Counted from the first letter of the stretch, positions 37,303 to 46,942 are shown. The stretch: DNA of 64,000 nucleotides from an uncultured Sulfolobales archaeon (GCA_938045815.1 CALIBI010000022.1:8034-72033), one strand, 5' to 3'. Numbers and translations: made by a program. The notes: generated from the sequence alone by a model not told the origin.

Positions 37303-38148
37303 TTAGTCTGGATATACTCTAAGTTCTTTTCCATCTACGTTAGTATAGACCTCAAAGTGTTTCTCAAATCCGCTAGTAAGTATTTTTGGTTTAAGAACCG
37401 CTTCTATCTGGAAGAGACCGGCTGAATCATTCATGTATATTTCTATCCTTGCAGATGATTCAGCACCCCTAACTATCTCTACCTTCTTAATACTAATGGC
37501 TGATACTGAGTGCATGTCTAGCTTACCCATCTTGTAAGGTATCCTAGCTCTCCCCTCCGCCATGTCAGTGCCGTCAGCTACCTTAACTACCCCTGCTTCC
37601 AGCGTTAATGCTCTCGTGTTAATTTCTGTAGCGTAGATAGCGTGCATGATCTCGTGCCTAAGCATATACTTGCAGGTTGAACTTAAGTTAGGACTTATTT
37701 CGCGAAACATTCTATCAATGATGTCTTTAGCTAGTAACGCACCTACGTATTCGTGATTAGCTCTATGCACTGAGTTACCTATGTCGTGGAGGTACGCAGC
37801 AACCAAAACTACTAACTTAGCCTCATCTATATTTCTGGCAGTCCCGTAAGTAATCGTTGACGGCTTAAGACCTGCCTCAACCAATATGTTGAATAGTTCG
37901 AGAGCAGAACCCGAGACTATTCTCGAGTGAACTACTCCATGATCATTGAATCTCAGTCTGCTTACCGCCATGATGTTAGACATCTTTATGAGTGTCTGAA
38001 CTTCCTCGTCTTTCTCAAGAAACTCGTAAGCTCTCTTCAGTAGTTCAGAAGCCTCTATGTGCTTAATTACTAGCGTAGGTCCTACTACTACCACATCACA
38101 CACCAATAAAATAAACACCTGACTATTAAAGAAATCAACACACATCAA
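37303..38148 (-). CDS. HD-domain metal-dependent phosphohydrolase
   Basis: 'NDHGVVHS' and 'AAYLHDIGNSVHR'. The N-terminal 25-30 codons of the ORF may not be translated. Confidence 0.75.
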   Translation of the reverse strand: MMCVDFFNSQVFILLVCDVVVVGPTLVIKHIEASELLKRAYEFLEKDEEVQTLIKMSNIMAVSRLRFNDHGVVHSRIVSGSALELFNILVEAGLKPSTITYGTARNIDEAKLVVLVAAYLHDIGNSVHRANHEYVGALLAKDIIDRMFREISPNLSSTCKYMLRHEIMHAIYATEINTRALTLEAGVVKVADGTDMAEGRARIPYKMGKLDMHSVSAISIKKVEIVRGAESSARIEIYMNDSAGLFQIEAVLKPKILTSGFEKHFEVYTNVDGKELRVYPD

Positions 38149-38190
38149 AACTTTAAAAGAAGCATAAAATATATACTTGAGGTGGGTTAG

Positions 38191-39198
38191 GTGGCGTCCC
38201 TAATTAAGTTGAGGCTCTCAATGCTTGGTTCTATAGCGTTAGTGATAGGCATAACTACATTAATACTATCGGCTATACTGAGTTTATTCTCTTACGGCGT
38301 GGACGCTGCAACACTACTAGCATTTACTCTGGTGTTTGTTGTAGGCATCCACTTCATCCAATGGTTAATTAGTCCGTGGATAATAGAAGCACTCTATAAA
38401 GTTAAGCCAGTTAGTAGTACTGGGGATCTCTGGATCGCTGAAATGGTCGAGAAGGTTGCTAGAGCTTCAGGACTTAAGAGAGTTCCTAAAGCTATGATAT
38501 CTTACTTAAGAATACCTAACGCTTTCGCATACGGTAATTTCCTGAGTGGGTATAAAGTAGCTATCACGCAAGGACTCATAGAGAACCTACCTCGCGAGGA
38601 GATTGAAGCTGTAGTAGCTCATGAGATAGGACACATAAAGCATAGAGATGTGGAGGTAATGATGGTTATAAGCATACTGCCAGCTCTGATTTACTGGCTC
38701 GGCAGAATACTCATTTACTCAGGTTTCTTCACTTCAGGACGTAGTAGAGAAAGTAAATCAGCACCAGTTCTTGCTTTCCTGCTAGGGATGGTTCTAATAA
38801 TTGTGTCTTTCTTGAGTAACCTGATAGTTCTCTACATAAGTAGACTTAGAGAGCACTATGCTGACTCTAACTCTGTTCTTACGCTACCTGAGGGTGGCAG
38901 AAACCTCCAGAGAGCTCTTGCAAGAATCCTCATGGCTTCAGGAGCCATAAGCAGATCCAGGTTTGGAGACGTCAGCAAAGCTACCAAGCTTAAAGCGTTG
39001 CTCATATCAGACCCTGAGTTAGGTATAGGGCATGTAAGAACCTACGATATTGATGAAGTAGTTGAGTGGATTAAATCCCAGAAAAAGATATCTCATCTAG
39101 AAATATTCTCAACTCACCCGGACCCAGCAAAGAGACTAAGATTTATTGATAAGCTAGAACAAGAAACTAAAACTAGGTACACATTACTTCGAGTTTGA
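38191..39198 (+). CDS. htpX: M48 family zinc metalloprotease (HtpX-like)
   Basis: GTG start, 4 TM helices, 'VAHEIGHIKHRD' HExxH motif. Confidence 0.85.
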   Translation: MASLIKLRLSMLGSIALVIGITTLILSAILSLFSYGVDAATLLAFTLVFVVGIHFIQWLISPWIIEALYKVKPVSSTGDLWIAEMVEKVARASGLKRVPKAMISYLRIPNAFAYGNFLSGYKVAITQGLIENLPREEIEAVVAHEIGHIKHRDVEVMMVISILPALIYWLGRILIYSGFFTSGRSRESKSAPVLAFLLGMVLIIVSFLSNLIVLYISRLREHYADSNSVLTLPEGGRNLQRALARILMASGAISRSRFGDVSKATKLKALLISDPELGIGHVRTYDIDEVVEWIKSQKKISHLEIFSTHPDPAKRLRFIDKLEQETKTRYTLLRV

Positions 39199-39934
39199 TA
39201 AAGTTTTTAGCAGGCGTGTAGGGGAGTAAGTGTCTAGTAGTTTTAGGTGGGTAAATACCGCCTTTCCCAACATACTCCATTATCTCAGACTTGCTGAAAG
39301 CTCTCCTCACCAGCACGCAGTCTATTTCACCCTTACGAAGATCTTCTAAAACATCTGAGATCAAACCATACCAAGTAAGTCTTATTAAATCCTTAACCGT
39401 AAGCTCGTCAAGAACCCTTAACACCCGTCTCTGAATCTCGACATCCCCATCTATAGACACACACCTACCACCCTTATCAAACATTATGAAGGCTTTATTC
39501 ATTAGGTCCTCATCGTTAACTGAATCAATACTTAACTCGCACTCTCTAACATCTATCATCAACTCGCGTAGCTTGCTGAGAAGCACTTCAGGTTCTCCGG
39601 AAAAAGCAGGATACCAGGTAAAAACCTTAATCTTAGGATCAAAGTAATCTATGATCACTGAAGGTATCTTCCTACACCCTAACTTAATGAGAGCTGCCCA
39701 CCTATGATGACCATCAACTATAAGGTACTTACTACTGCCTGGTATAGGTGCTACTATTATGGGCATGTCAAGAGCATTATGCTCCTCTATATACCTAATT
39801 ATGTCATTCAATCTTTCCGTAACTAGTTCTTCATGAGGTAATAAAGCATCCGCATCAAGCAACACGTACTCTAGCTTGACAGCAGGGATGTTATACTTAG
39901 GTATCTTCACACGAACCTTCTCTTTCGATGACAA
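39173..39934 (-). CDS. ParB/sulfiredoxin-like domain protein; candidate ADP-dependent free serine kinase (SerK-like)
   Basis: 'LIVDGHHRWAALIKLG' ParB/Srx motif, about 250 aa, last gene of the aminotransferase-serA string. The SerK assignment comes from context and remembered family description. Confidence 0.55.
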   Translation of the reverse strand: MSSKEKVRVKIPKYNIPAVKLEYVLLDADALLPHEELVTERLNDIIRYIEEHNALDMPIIVAPIPGSSKYLIVDGHHRWAALIKLGCRKIPSVIIDYFDPKIKVFTWYPAFSGEPEVLLSKLRELMIDVRECELSIDSVNDEDLMNKAFIMFDKGGRCVSIDGDVEIQRRVLRVLDELTVKDLIRLTWYGLISDVLEDLRKGEIDCVLVRRAFSKSEIMEYVGKGGIYPPKTTRHLLPYTPAKNFIKLEVMCT

Positions 39935-39956
39935 TAAGTGACCACCTCAGAACGCG

Positions 39957-40889
39957 TCACTCTTGCTTGAACTCCTTAATTAATTCTAGGACCTTCTTCA
40001 CAGCATCTATACCAGCTCTCTCCTGAGCTTCCTCGGTTGAAGCGCCTATGTGTGGTGTTAAAACAACGTTATCAAGTTCCGTTAGCGGGTGGTTCGGTGG
40101 TAGTGGTTCTTCTTCGTATACGTCTAGCCCCGCACCAGCTATCCAGCCCTCTTTTAGAGCTTTTATTAGTGCTTTAGTATCTACTACACCACCTCTAGAA
40201 GTATTTATTAGTATTGCGTTCCTCTTCATCATCCTTAACAAACTCTCGGAAATCAGTCCTTTAGTCTCAGGAGTCAAAGGAACGTGAACACTAATAACGT
40301 CAGACTCCTTAACTAAGGTTTCTAGGTCTACGTACGCGGCTCCCAGCTCTCGCTCCACCTCAGGACTTACTCTATAGACATCGAAATACAGTATCTTCAT
40401 ACCTAAACCCTTAGAAGCTATTGCTGCGACCTCCCTACCTATCCTCCCAAAACCAATTATGCCTAGTGTTTTATTTCTGAGTTCTATTCCTTCGGCTTCT
40501 TTCTTAACCCACTTACCCTCACGCATTTTTCTATCAGAGTATGCTATCTTCCTGGCTACAGCAAGCATTAAACCTATTGTTAATTCGGCAACACTTCTTG
40601 TTGTTGCTTCAGGGGTATTAATTACTCTAATTCCCTTAGCTTCAGCGGCTTTAACGTCAATGTTATCTAGCCCTACACCAGCTCTAGCTATTATCTTTAG
40701 TTTCTTAGCCTTACTTATTACTTCAGCAGTGACTAACGGCTTACTCCTAACGAATAGGATGTCCGCATCCACTACTAGCTCACTAAGTTCTTTCTCTGAG
40801 GGGTACTCCTTATACGTTACCTGAATACCTGCGTCCTCAAGTAATTTTACGGCGTCTCTGTGGATTGGTGCTGCAATTAATGCTTTCAT
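39957..40889 (-). CDS. serA: D-3-phosphoglycerate dehydrogenase / D-2-hydroxyacid dehydrogenase
   Basis: 'LGIIGFGRIGREVA', 'NTSRGGVVD', 'TPHIGAST'. Confidence 0.85.
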   Translation of the reverse strand: MKALIAAPIHRDAVKLLEDAGIQVTYKEYPSEKELSELVVDADILFVRSKPLVTAEVISKAKKLKIIARAGVGLDNIDVKAAEAKGIRVINTPEATTRSVAELTIGLMLAVARKIAYSDRKMREGKWVKKEAEGIELRNKTLGIIGFGRIGREVAAIASKGLGMKILYFDVYRVSPEVERELGAAYVDLETLVKESDVISVHVPLTPETKGLISESLLRMMKRNAILINTSRGGVVDTKALIKALKEGWIAGAGLDVYEEEPLPPNHPLTELDNVVLTPHIGASTEEAQERAGIDAVKKVLELIKEFKQE

Positions 40890-42061
40890 TGTTTACTCAC
40901 CCACCCAAGCTCTGCTAAAACCTCCCTAATTACGTTCAGCACCTCCTCTATGTATTCTTTCGGCATGTAACCCATGTGTCCTATCCTGAAGGAAGTCTTC
41001 TTGAACTTCCCGTAGCCAGCTGCTATCTCGTAGCCTCTCTCACGAACCCTACTATAGACTTCATATCCGTCAACACCTTCAGGAGACTTAACAGAGGTTA
41101 TCGTCGGTGATTCGTAACCCCTCCTAGCAAAGAGTTCTAGACCAAGCCTCGTAACCCCCTCCCTAACCATCTTAGCTCTCTCAGAATACATGGAGAGCCA
41201 GACATTCTTGCCACCAATCTCATCAACTATTCTTAGCATGACGTTTAGCCCTATTATCTGGGGTATCGGGGGTGTTGAGGGGGTTGACCACTCCTTCTCT
41301 TGGTAGTGCAGGTATTTCAGCACGTCAAAGTACCAGCCTCTGCTAGGTATAGTCTCAGCTTTCTTTAGAGCTTCCTTACTGAATACCCCTACAGCAAGAC
41401 CTGGAGGAACTCCGAAAGCTTTCTGACTGCTCGTGAACACTACGTCAAGACCCCACGCATCAAACTTTATTTCTGCAGCACCCATCGCTGAGACAGCATC
41501 TACGAAGACTAGCTTGCCGTGCTTCTTAGCAACCTCAGCCAAATCCTTAAGCGGGTTCAATACACCGGTACTAGTTTCGTTGTACGTTATTGTTACGGCC
41601 TCTACCTCAGGATGCTTCTTTAAAGCCTCATCTAGCTCGTCCGGGAAGACGGGTTCGCCAGCGTTCTTCTCCAGAGTGAGAGCTCTCCTACCATTGCTTT
41701 CAACTACCTCTCTATATCTAGAACCAAACTCACCTATTATCGTAGTAAGAACACTACCACCAACTGAAACGAAATTCCTTATACTAGCTTCCATCACGCC
41801 AGTACCACTGCTAGGGAATAAGAGAACAGTACCTTCACTAGCTTCAACAAACCTAGCTAACCTCTCAACAGTGTCTTTATGTAATTCTCTATATTCTTTA
41901 GACCTATGACTAAACATCTGAAACTTCATAACCTCAAGAACTTCCGGAAAACACGCGACAGGGCCTGCGGTGAAAAGCTTAAGAGGTTTTGGCCAAACAA
42001 TCCTATACATCTCGTCAATTACTTTAAGGTTTAGTTTCTCCCGACTCAAGATACACACCAA
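40886..42061 (-). CDS. Class V aminotransferase (AGXT/phosphoserine aminotransferase-like)
   Basis: PLP-lysine region 'FTSSQKAFGVPPGLA'. 4-nt overlap with serA. Confidence 0.85.
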   Translation of the reverse strand: MVCILSREKLNLKVIDEMYRIVWPKPLKLFTAGPVACFPEVLEVMKFQMFSHRSKEYRELHKDTVERLARFVEASEGTVLLFPSSGTGVMEASIRNFVSVGGSVLTTIIGEFGSRYREVVESNGRRALTLEKNAGEPVFPDELDEALKKHPEVEAVTITYNETSTGVLNPLKDLAEVAKKHGKLVFVDAVSAMGAAEIKFDAWGLDVVFTSSQKAFGVPPGLAVGVFSKEALKKAETIPSRGWYFDVLKYLHYQEKEWSTPSTPPIPQIIGLNVMLRIVDEIGGKNVWLSMYSERAKMVREGVTRLGLELFARRGYESPTITSVKSPEGVDGYEVYSRVRERGYEIAAGYGKFKKTSFRIGHMGYMPKEYIEEVLNVIREVLAELGWVSKQ

Positions 42062-42164
42062 TAATTAATTTAATCCTTAAAATAAATTATTTGCTTTCTA
42101 GATTCTAGTTTCCATCGAACAAGCCGAAATAAGAAGCTCCGCGAGTTAATGGCGGAACGTAATA

Positions 42165-42410
42165 TCAAAGATAGTCAGACAAATACTCAACCTCTATCTT
42201 GGAAGCTACACCCTTACTAAGACTTATCTCTACTCCCTTAACTTCTAAGATGATGAAGCCTCTATTATTATGCTTCACTAATACTTCCTCGCCAGGCACT
42301 ATCCCCATCTGGTAAAGTCTTACTGAGAGACACGTACCAGCATGTACTCTGCGAACACGCACTCTATAACCCTCCGGTACTCCAGAGAGTTGGGAGACTG
42401 ACTCAGTCAC
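42165..42410 (-). CDS. feoA: FeoA-domain protein
   Basis: 81-aa SH3-like protein: 'YRVRVRRVHAG...RLYQMGIVPGEEVLV'. Overlaps the DtxR gene by 8 nt. Confidence 0.75.
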   Translation of the reverse strand: MTESVSQLSGVPEGYRVRVRRVHAGTCLSVRLYQMGIVPGEEVLVKHNNRGFIILEVKGVEISLSKGVASKIEVEYLSDYL

Positions 42411-43080
42411 TACACGACACCTCCCTAACGAATATGGTTTCTCCTTCCTGGTAAGTAAATATTATTTCAGTATTAGGAGTGCTTACTGAAACCCCTTTAG
42501 TACCTAAACCCTCAACCCGTATCACGCATGGGTACCCACAATTAGACCTAGAAAGCTTATCTAAGACAGTGCTTAACTCGACATAGAGGTGAGTTATCTC
42601 ATAACACTTACTGGGGGTAGTCTTAGTAAGTGGTATTACGTGCTCATACTCCTCCTTACTTAATTCTCTCGTGAAGGATATGAAGTAATGTAGGTTTGGC
42701 TTACCTAATCTAAGGTAGAGAGCCTCAACAACTTCGTCAGGAAGGTGCTCCATCTTGTGCGCTAGGTAGTGTGCTTTGAGTTTGTCGAAGCCCAGAAAAT
42801 CAGTAAGGAATACTTCTATGACCGCATGCTTCCTCAATATCTTTTCAGCCACCTCCCTACCTAAATCACTTAGCTTAATCCCCCTATACCTACTCAGGAT
42901 GATGAATCCTTCTTCCTGCAATTTCTTCAGGACCTTACTCACAGTACCTTCCTTCAACCTTAATTCCCTGGCGATCTGAGACGTTCTAGCCATCCCATAA
43001 AGCACCTCTAGACGGTAAACCGTGAGTATGTAGTCTTCTACAGACTCGCTCAAACGCTCAACTCTCATCCCAGCCACCAA
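42403..43080 (-). CDS. DtxR/MntR family metal-dependent transcriptional repressor
   Basis: GTG start. 'SESVEDYILTVYRLE', HTH 'TSQIARELRLKEGTVSKVLKKLQEEGFI', dimerisation helix, and a C-terminal SH3-like domain. Confidence 0.85.
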   Translation of the reverse strand: MVAGMRVERLSESVEDYILTVYRLEVLYGMARTSQIARELRLKEGTVSKVLKKLQEEGFIILSRYRGIKLSDLGREVAEKILRKHAVIEVFLTDFLGFDKLKAHYLAHKMEHLPDEVVEALYLRLGKPNLHYFISFTRELSKEEYEHVIPLTKTTPSKCYEITHLYVELSTVLDKLSRSNCGYPCVIRVEGLGTKGVSVSTPNTEIIFTYQEGETIFVREVSCSD

Positions 43081-43104
43081 AGAATAGTTGTGTTAAGGAA
43101 GTAA

Positions 43105-43130
43105 TAAAACTTAGACTTCTCTAAGTTTTA
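43105..43130. promoter_or_regulatory. Perfect 11-bp-arm inverted repeat (candidate DtxR operator and/or degT terminator hairpin)
   Basis: taaaacttaga-cttc-tctaagtttta. It spans the degT stop codon and sits 25-50 nt upstream of the dtxR-family GTG, overlapping a TTTTATTA TATA-like run on the minus strand. Confidence 0.5.
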
Positions 43131-44239
43131 AGATCCCTAAAGAAATCCTTGATATAATCAATAATCATCAAGACATCATCATCGCTTAAACCTGGGTGCA
43201 TCGGGAGTGAAAGAACGTGTCTGGATGCTTCTACAGAATTATGTAGTTTCTTACTTAAGACTAGGTGATCTTTCAGAGCTGGTTGCTTATGTATGGGGTT
43301 AGGGTAATGGATTGCTGTCTGTACTCCTCTAACCCTGAGAAACTCGCTTAGCTTATCTCTAACACCATCGCCATGAACCCATACCGTGTACTGATGGTAA
43401 ACGTGCTTAGCGTACGGTTTTTCTGTAGGGAGCCTTAACAACTTAATGCTTGAGAGTTCCTCGCTATATATCTTAGCTATAGCACGCCTCCTCTCATTCA
43501 TCTTATCTAGCTTAGCTAGCTGAACATACCCTAGAGCAGCTTGGAGCTCTGTTATTCTGAAGTTCCACCCAATTACTGAGTGAAGGTACTTCTCAACCTG
43601 TCCATGATTTCTCTGGAGCTCAATATACTCAGCTACGTATTCTTCATTAGTCGCAACAGCGCCTCCCTCACCCATAGTCAAGTTCTTAGTAGCGTAGAAA
43701 CTGAAAGCTGATGCTACGCCTAAAGACCCTGTCTTAACACCCTTATACTCAGCTCCGTGCGATTGCGCGCAGTCCTCAATCAAGAAGATGTTTTTGTTAC
43801 CTAGAACCTCCTTTACAGAGTCTACATCGGCTGGTTGTCCGTAAAGATGCACCAACACGATAGCCTTAGTTCTCTCAGTAAGTCTTTCTTTTAGGTCATT
43901 AGGATCCATGTTGTAGGTCTCTAGGTCTATATCTACTGGGACTACCTTACCCCCAGCTAGCACGATCGATGTGGCGGTTGCGGCGAACGTGAAGTCGGGT
44001 ACTGCAACCTCATCACCGGGACCGACGCCTATAGCCTTAAGAACCAGGTAAAGAGCTACTGTACCATTACTTACTGTGAGAGCGTGTTTCACTCCTAAAT
44101 ACTTGGCAAAAGAATCTTCGAAAAGACGAACGTACTCCCCAGCAGCTAGGTTACCGCTCCTCAAAACCTTAACGACTTCCTGCACTTCCTCATCTGTTAT
44201 GTATGGAGCGTTCACCTTAACTACCACTGAATACACCAT
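43121..44239 (-). CDS. DegT/DnrJ/EryC1/StrS family sugar aminotransferase
   Basis: 'DFTFAATA', 'EDCAQSHGA', PLP-Lys 'FSFYATKNLTMGEGG'. Confidence 0.9.
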   Translation of the reverse strand: MVYSVVVKVNAPYITDEEVQEVVKVLRSGNLAAGEYVRLFEDSFAKYLGVKHALTVSNGTVALYLVLKAIGVGPGDEVAVPDFTFAATATSIVLAGGKVVPVDIDLETYNMDPNDLKERLTERTKAIVLVHLYGQPADVDSVKEVLGNKNIFLIEDCAQSHGAEYKGVKTGSLGVASAFSFYATKNLTMGEGGAVATNEEYVAEYIELQRNHGQVEKYLHSVIGWNFRITELQAALGYVQLAKLDKMNERRRAIAKIYSEELSSIKLLRLPTEKPYAKHVYHQYTVWVHGDGVRDKLSEFLRVRGVQTAIHYPNPIHKQPALKDHLVLSKKLHNSVEASRHVLSLPMHPGLSDDDVLMIIDYIKDFFRDLKT

Positions 44240-44308
44240 CTTAAAGTTTCGTACGTACTAATAAGTTCTCGGTCTTGTGGGGTGATTGATTAAACTCAGG
44301 AACATTGC

Positions 44309-44992
44309 TTAAGGAGTTTTCATCAAGGTTTTCGTGCTTAAGTACTCGCAAGTACTTTGAGGGTAGTACATGGCTACTAGTTTTCTAAAGATATTTGTTG
44401 ATTGCTTAACGAAGTATTTAGGAAGTCCGGGGATCCCGAAGGATAGTATAAGTGCTCTCGCAGTATCCTTACCTACCGTGTGGAGTTTGTTCCTCTTGGA
44501 GAAGAGTACGTAAATAGGTCTGTTCATGCTGTCTGCTAGAACCAACTCATAACCTGAGAGTTCTAGGAGTGTCTTAAAACCAGGGAATACCTCACGTTTG
44601 AAGGCTTTACGAAGTATTAATGGGAGACTCACCTTATCTTTATCTATTATGAGCATAGGCACGAACGTTCTCAACTCAGTTACGTACCTAATCCCTTCAA
44701 GATCATTCCTAACTCTCGCGAGAGGGTTTCTAAGGAATGCCTTAGCTAGATTCTCGGGGGAATACCCTGTCTTGCTGTATGAAGCCTTAAGATAGCTTTT
44801 TATAAAATCCTTATATGCTTGAGTATAGTAGGTTAAGTCTCTTCTGTATCCTTCCGAAGTTCTCAGTAACCTCGCTATATTTACTAATTCCTGCCTAATA
44901 TCAGGTCTGTTAGCAGTCGCTCTGAAATCCCTGCATTCGAGAGCTTCCACGTAGTTACTTGATAAATTGTAGAGTAGCTCACGATATCTCAT
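44309..44992 (-). CDS. Hypothetical protein (227 aa)
   Basis: ORF with protein-like composition. No motif recognised. Confidence 0.5.
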   Translation of the reverse strand: MRYRELLYNLSSNYVEALECRDFRATANRPDIRQELVNIARLLRTSEGYRRDLTYYTQAYKDFIKSYLKASYSKTGYSPENLAKAFLRNPLARVRNDLEGIRYVTELRTFVPMLIIDKDKVSLPLILRKAFKREVFPGFKTLLELSGYELVLADSMNRPIYVLFSKRNKLHTVGKDTARALILSFGIPGLPKYFVKQSTNIFRKLVAMYYPQSTCEYLSTKTLMKTP

Positions 44993-45057
44993 GAACCAGC
45001 ACCAACTCCCGTGAACATCCTCTTTTATTAATTCCTCAACCTAGATATTATTTATGG

Positions 45058-46065
45058 TTGGAGGCCAAGATGAGCTTCAGGTTAGGAATACCTAAGAAAC
45101 CTAAAGAGACAGAAATTCTGGATGTCTTAGTTGTTGGAGCAGGTCCTGCAGGACTCTCAGCCGCCCTATATTCAAAAAGATTAGGACTCAAGACCGCATG
45201 TATCGGTGAAGATGTTGGGGGAACCTTAAACGAGGCGGGCATAGTTGATGACTATATAGGAATACAGGATATTCTCGGTCCTGAATTAGCTAAAAAATTT
45301 GTAGAGCATGTGAGGAAGTATGAGGTACCGATATATAGAGACTTAGTAATAGATATCATGAAAGAAAATAACAAATTCAAGGCCACAACTAAGTCTGGAG
45401 TAGTCTTCACTGCCAGAGCAGTAATTCTGGCTGTAGGTAGTAAGAGGAGAAAGCTAGGTGTTCCTGGGGAGGCGGAATTCGCTGGCAAGGGAGTTACGTA
45501 CTGTGCTGCTTGCGACGCACCACTATTCAAAGAAAAAGTAGTTGCTGTAGTAGGTGGTGGTAACTCAGCTCTTCAGTCAGCTCTACTGATGACTTCATAC
45601 GCGACTAAGACCTACCTAATACATAGGAGAGATTCCTTCAGAGCATATGAGGTCTACGTTAAGTCTGTTACTAACCACCCTAAGATTGAGTTAGTGTTAA
45701 ACTCGGTAGTCAGGAGTATTGGAGGAAGTAAATCAGTTGAGTGGATAGAAGTAGAGAATTTAGTTACTCATGAAACCAGAAAAATAAGCGTAGATGGTGT
45801 GTTGATAGAGATAGGGTCTGAGCCACCTAAAGAATTCTTCACTAGGATAGGGCTTAAACTAGATGAGTACGGCTACGTAATAGTGGAACCCGGACAAAAA
45901 ACAAATATTGAGGGCATGTTTGCTGCTGGTGACTGCACCGGCGGACCCTACAAAAAGAAGTTTGATCAGATTGTCACCGCGGCAGCTGAGGGAGCTCTAG
46001 CAGCACTGTCCGCATACGAATACCTAACTAAGATAGGACTCGAGAAAGGAGAACGAGGATACTAG
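45058..46065 (+). CDS. trxB: Thioredoxin-disulfide reductase
   Basis: 'VLVVGAGPAGLSAALY', redox 'CAACDAPLF', 'VVGGGNSAL', 'FAAGDC'. TTG start at 45058, with an alternative ATG at 45070. Confidence 0.9.
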   Translation: MEAKMSFRLGIPKKPKETEILDVLVVGAGPAGLSAALYSKRLGLKTACIGEDVGGTLNEAGIVDDYIGIQDILGPELAKKFVEHVRKYEVPIYRDLVIDIMKENNKFKATTKSGVVFTARAVILAVGSKRRKLGVPGEAEFAGKGVTYCAACDAPLFKEKVVAVVGGGNSALQSALLMTSYATKTYLIHRRDSFRAYEVYVKSVTNHPKIELVLNSVVRSIGGSKSVEWIEVENLVTHETRKISVDGVLIEIGSEPPKEFFTRIGLKLDEYGYVIVEPGQKTNIEGMFAAGDCTGGPYKKKFDQIVTAAAEGALAALSAYEYLTKIGLEKGERGY

Positions 46066-46117
46066 TTCTTCCTTCTCAGGACTTACAAGAGCGTGTTATG
46101 TCACAAAATCAGATAAG

Positions 46118-46813
46118 CTATTTCTGGATTCTTTTTAGGTACTTGACTCCCCCATCCCTGAAACCAACAATGATTATGTCTGCTTCGTCTAAGAAGAGGC
46201 CTGTTTCTATAACGCCTGAAAGACTCTTCAGAGTCTTAGCGAATATCTCCAACTCCATGTTCGCGGGCGGGATTACGTCAATTATGAAGCCCCCCACATC
46301 ACTGACCACGGGACCTTTCTTACCGTTACATTCTCTAGGTGATGCTTGAGCACCAAGTTCCCTTAAATCTCTCAAGACCATTCTTAATGCGTTAGGTATT
46401 ACCTCAACCGGTATAGGGTGTTTCACGCATAGCTTCTCAACCACTTTAAACTCGTCAACAATAAAAACTCTTAACTTGGAGTGCTTAGCTAGTAATTTCT
46501 CCATGGTGAGAGCCGCCCCACCGCCCTTCAGCATCCTACCCTCTAAGTCCACTTCATCGGCTGAATCTACATAAAGATCGAGTTTCTCAACAGCTAAAGT
46601 GCTAGTGTCTCTGTAACCTAGTTCAGCTAAAAACATTGCTGTTTTTGCTGACGTAGTTACTAAAGATTTGTTCTTTAGAAGCCCTCTCTCATGAGCTTTC
46701 TGGATGAAGAGCTCAGTAGTGCTGCCAGTCCCTAAACCAATTAATTCTAGTCCTTGAAGAAACTTAAGAGCTTCAGTAACTGCTGCTAAGCGAGCTCTCT
46801 GTACTTCTTCCAA
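46118..46813 (-). CDS. rpiA: Ribose-5-phosphate isomerase A
   Basis: 'GLGTGSTT', 'DSADEVD', 'KGGGAALTMEK'. Confidence 0.9.
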   Translation of the reverse strand: MEEVQRARLAAVTEALKFLQGLELIGLGTGSTTELFIQKAHERGLLKNKSLVTTSAKTAMFLAELGYRDTSTLAVEKLDLYVDSADEVDLEGRMLKGGGAALTMEKLLAKHSKLRVFIVDEFKVVEKLCVKHPIPVEVIPNALRMVLRDLRELGAQASPRECNGKKGPVVSDVGGFIIDVIPPANMELEIFAKTLKSLSGVIETGLFLDEADIIIVGFRDGGVKYLKRIQK

Positions 46814-46885
46814 ACCCTCACACCCTAAACATATATTAATTGAAACTAAGGATTAATATGGGTAGGGCTCAAGATATCTTGATAA

Positions 46886-46942
46886 GAAAATGATGAGGTC
46901 CTCGATCTCTGAGAAATGATGTGAGTAATCCGCACTGACAAC
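46886..46942 (+). ncRNA. C/D box sRNA (2'-O-methylation guide)
   Basis: C box ATGATGA 46890-96; 12-nt guide; D' CTGA 46909-12; 3-nt linker; C' ATGATGT 46916-22; 12-nt guide; D CTGA 46935-38. TATA-like 'gattaatat' lies about 30 nt upstream. Confidence 0.75.
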
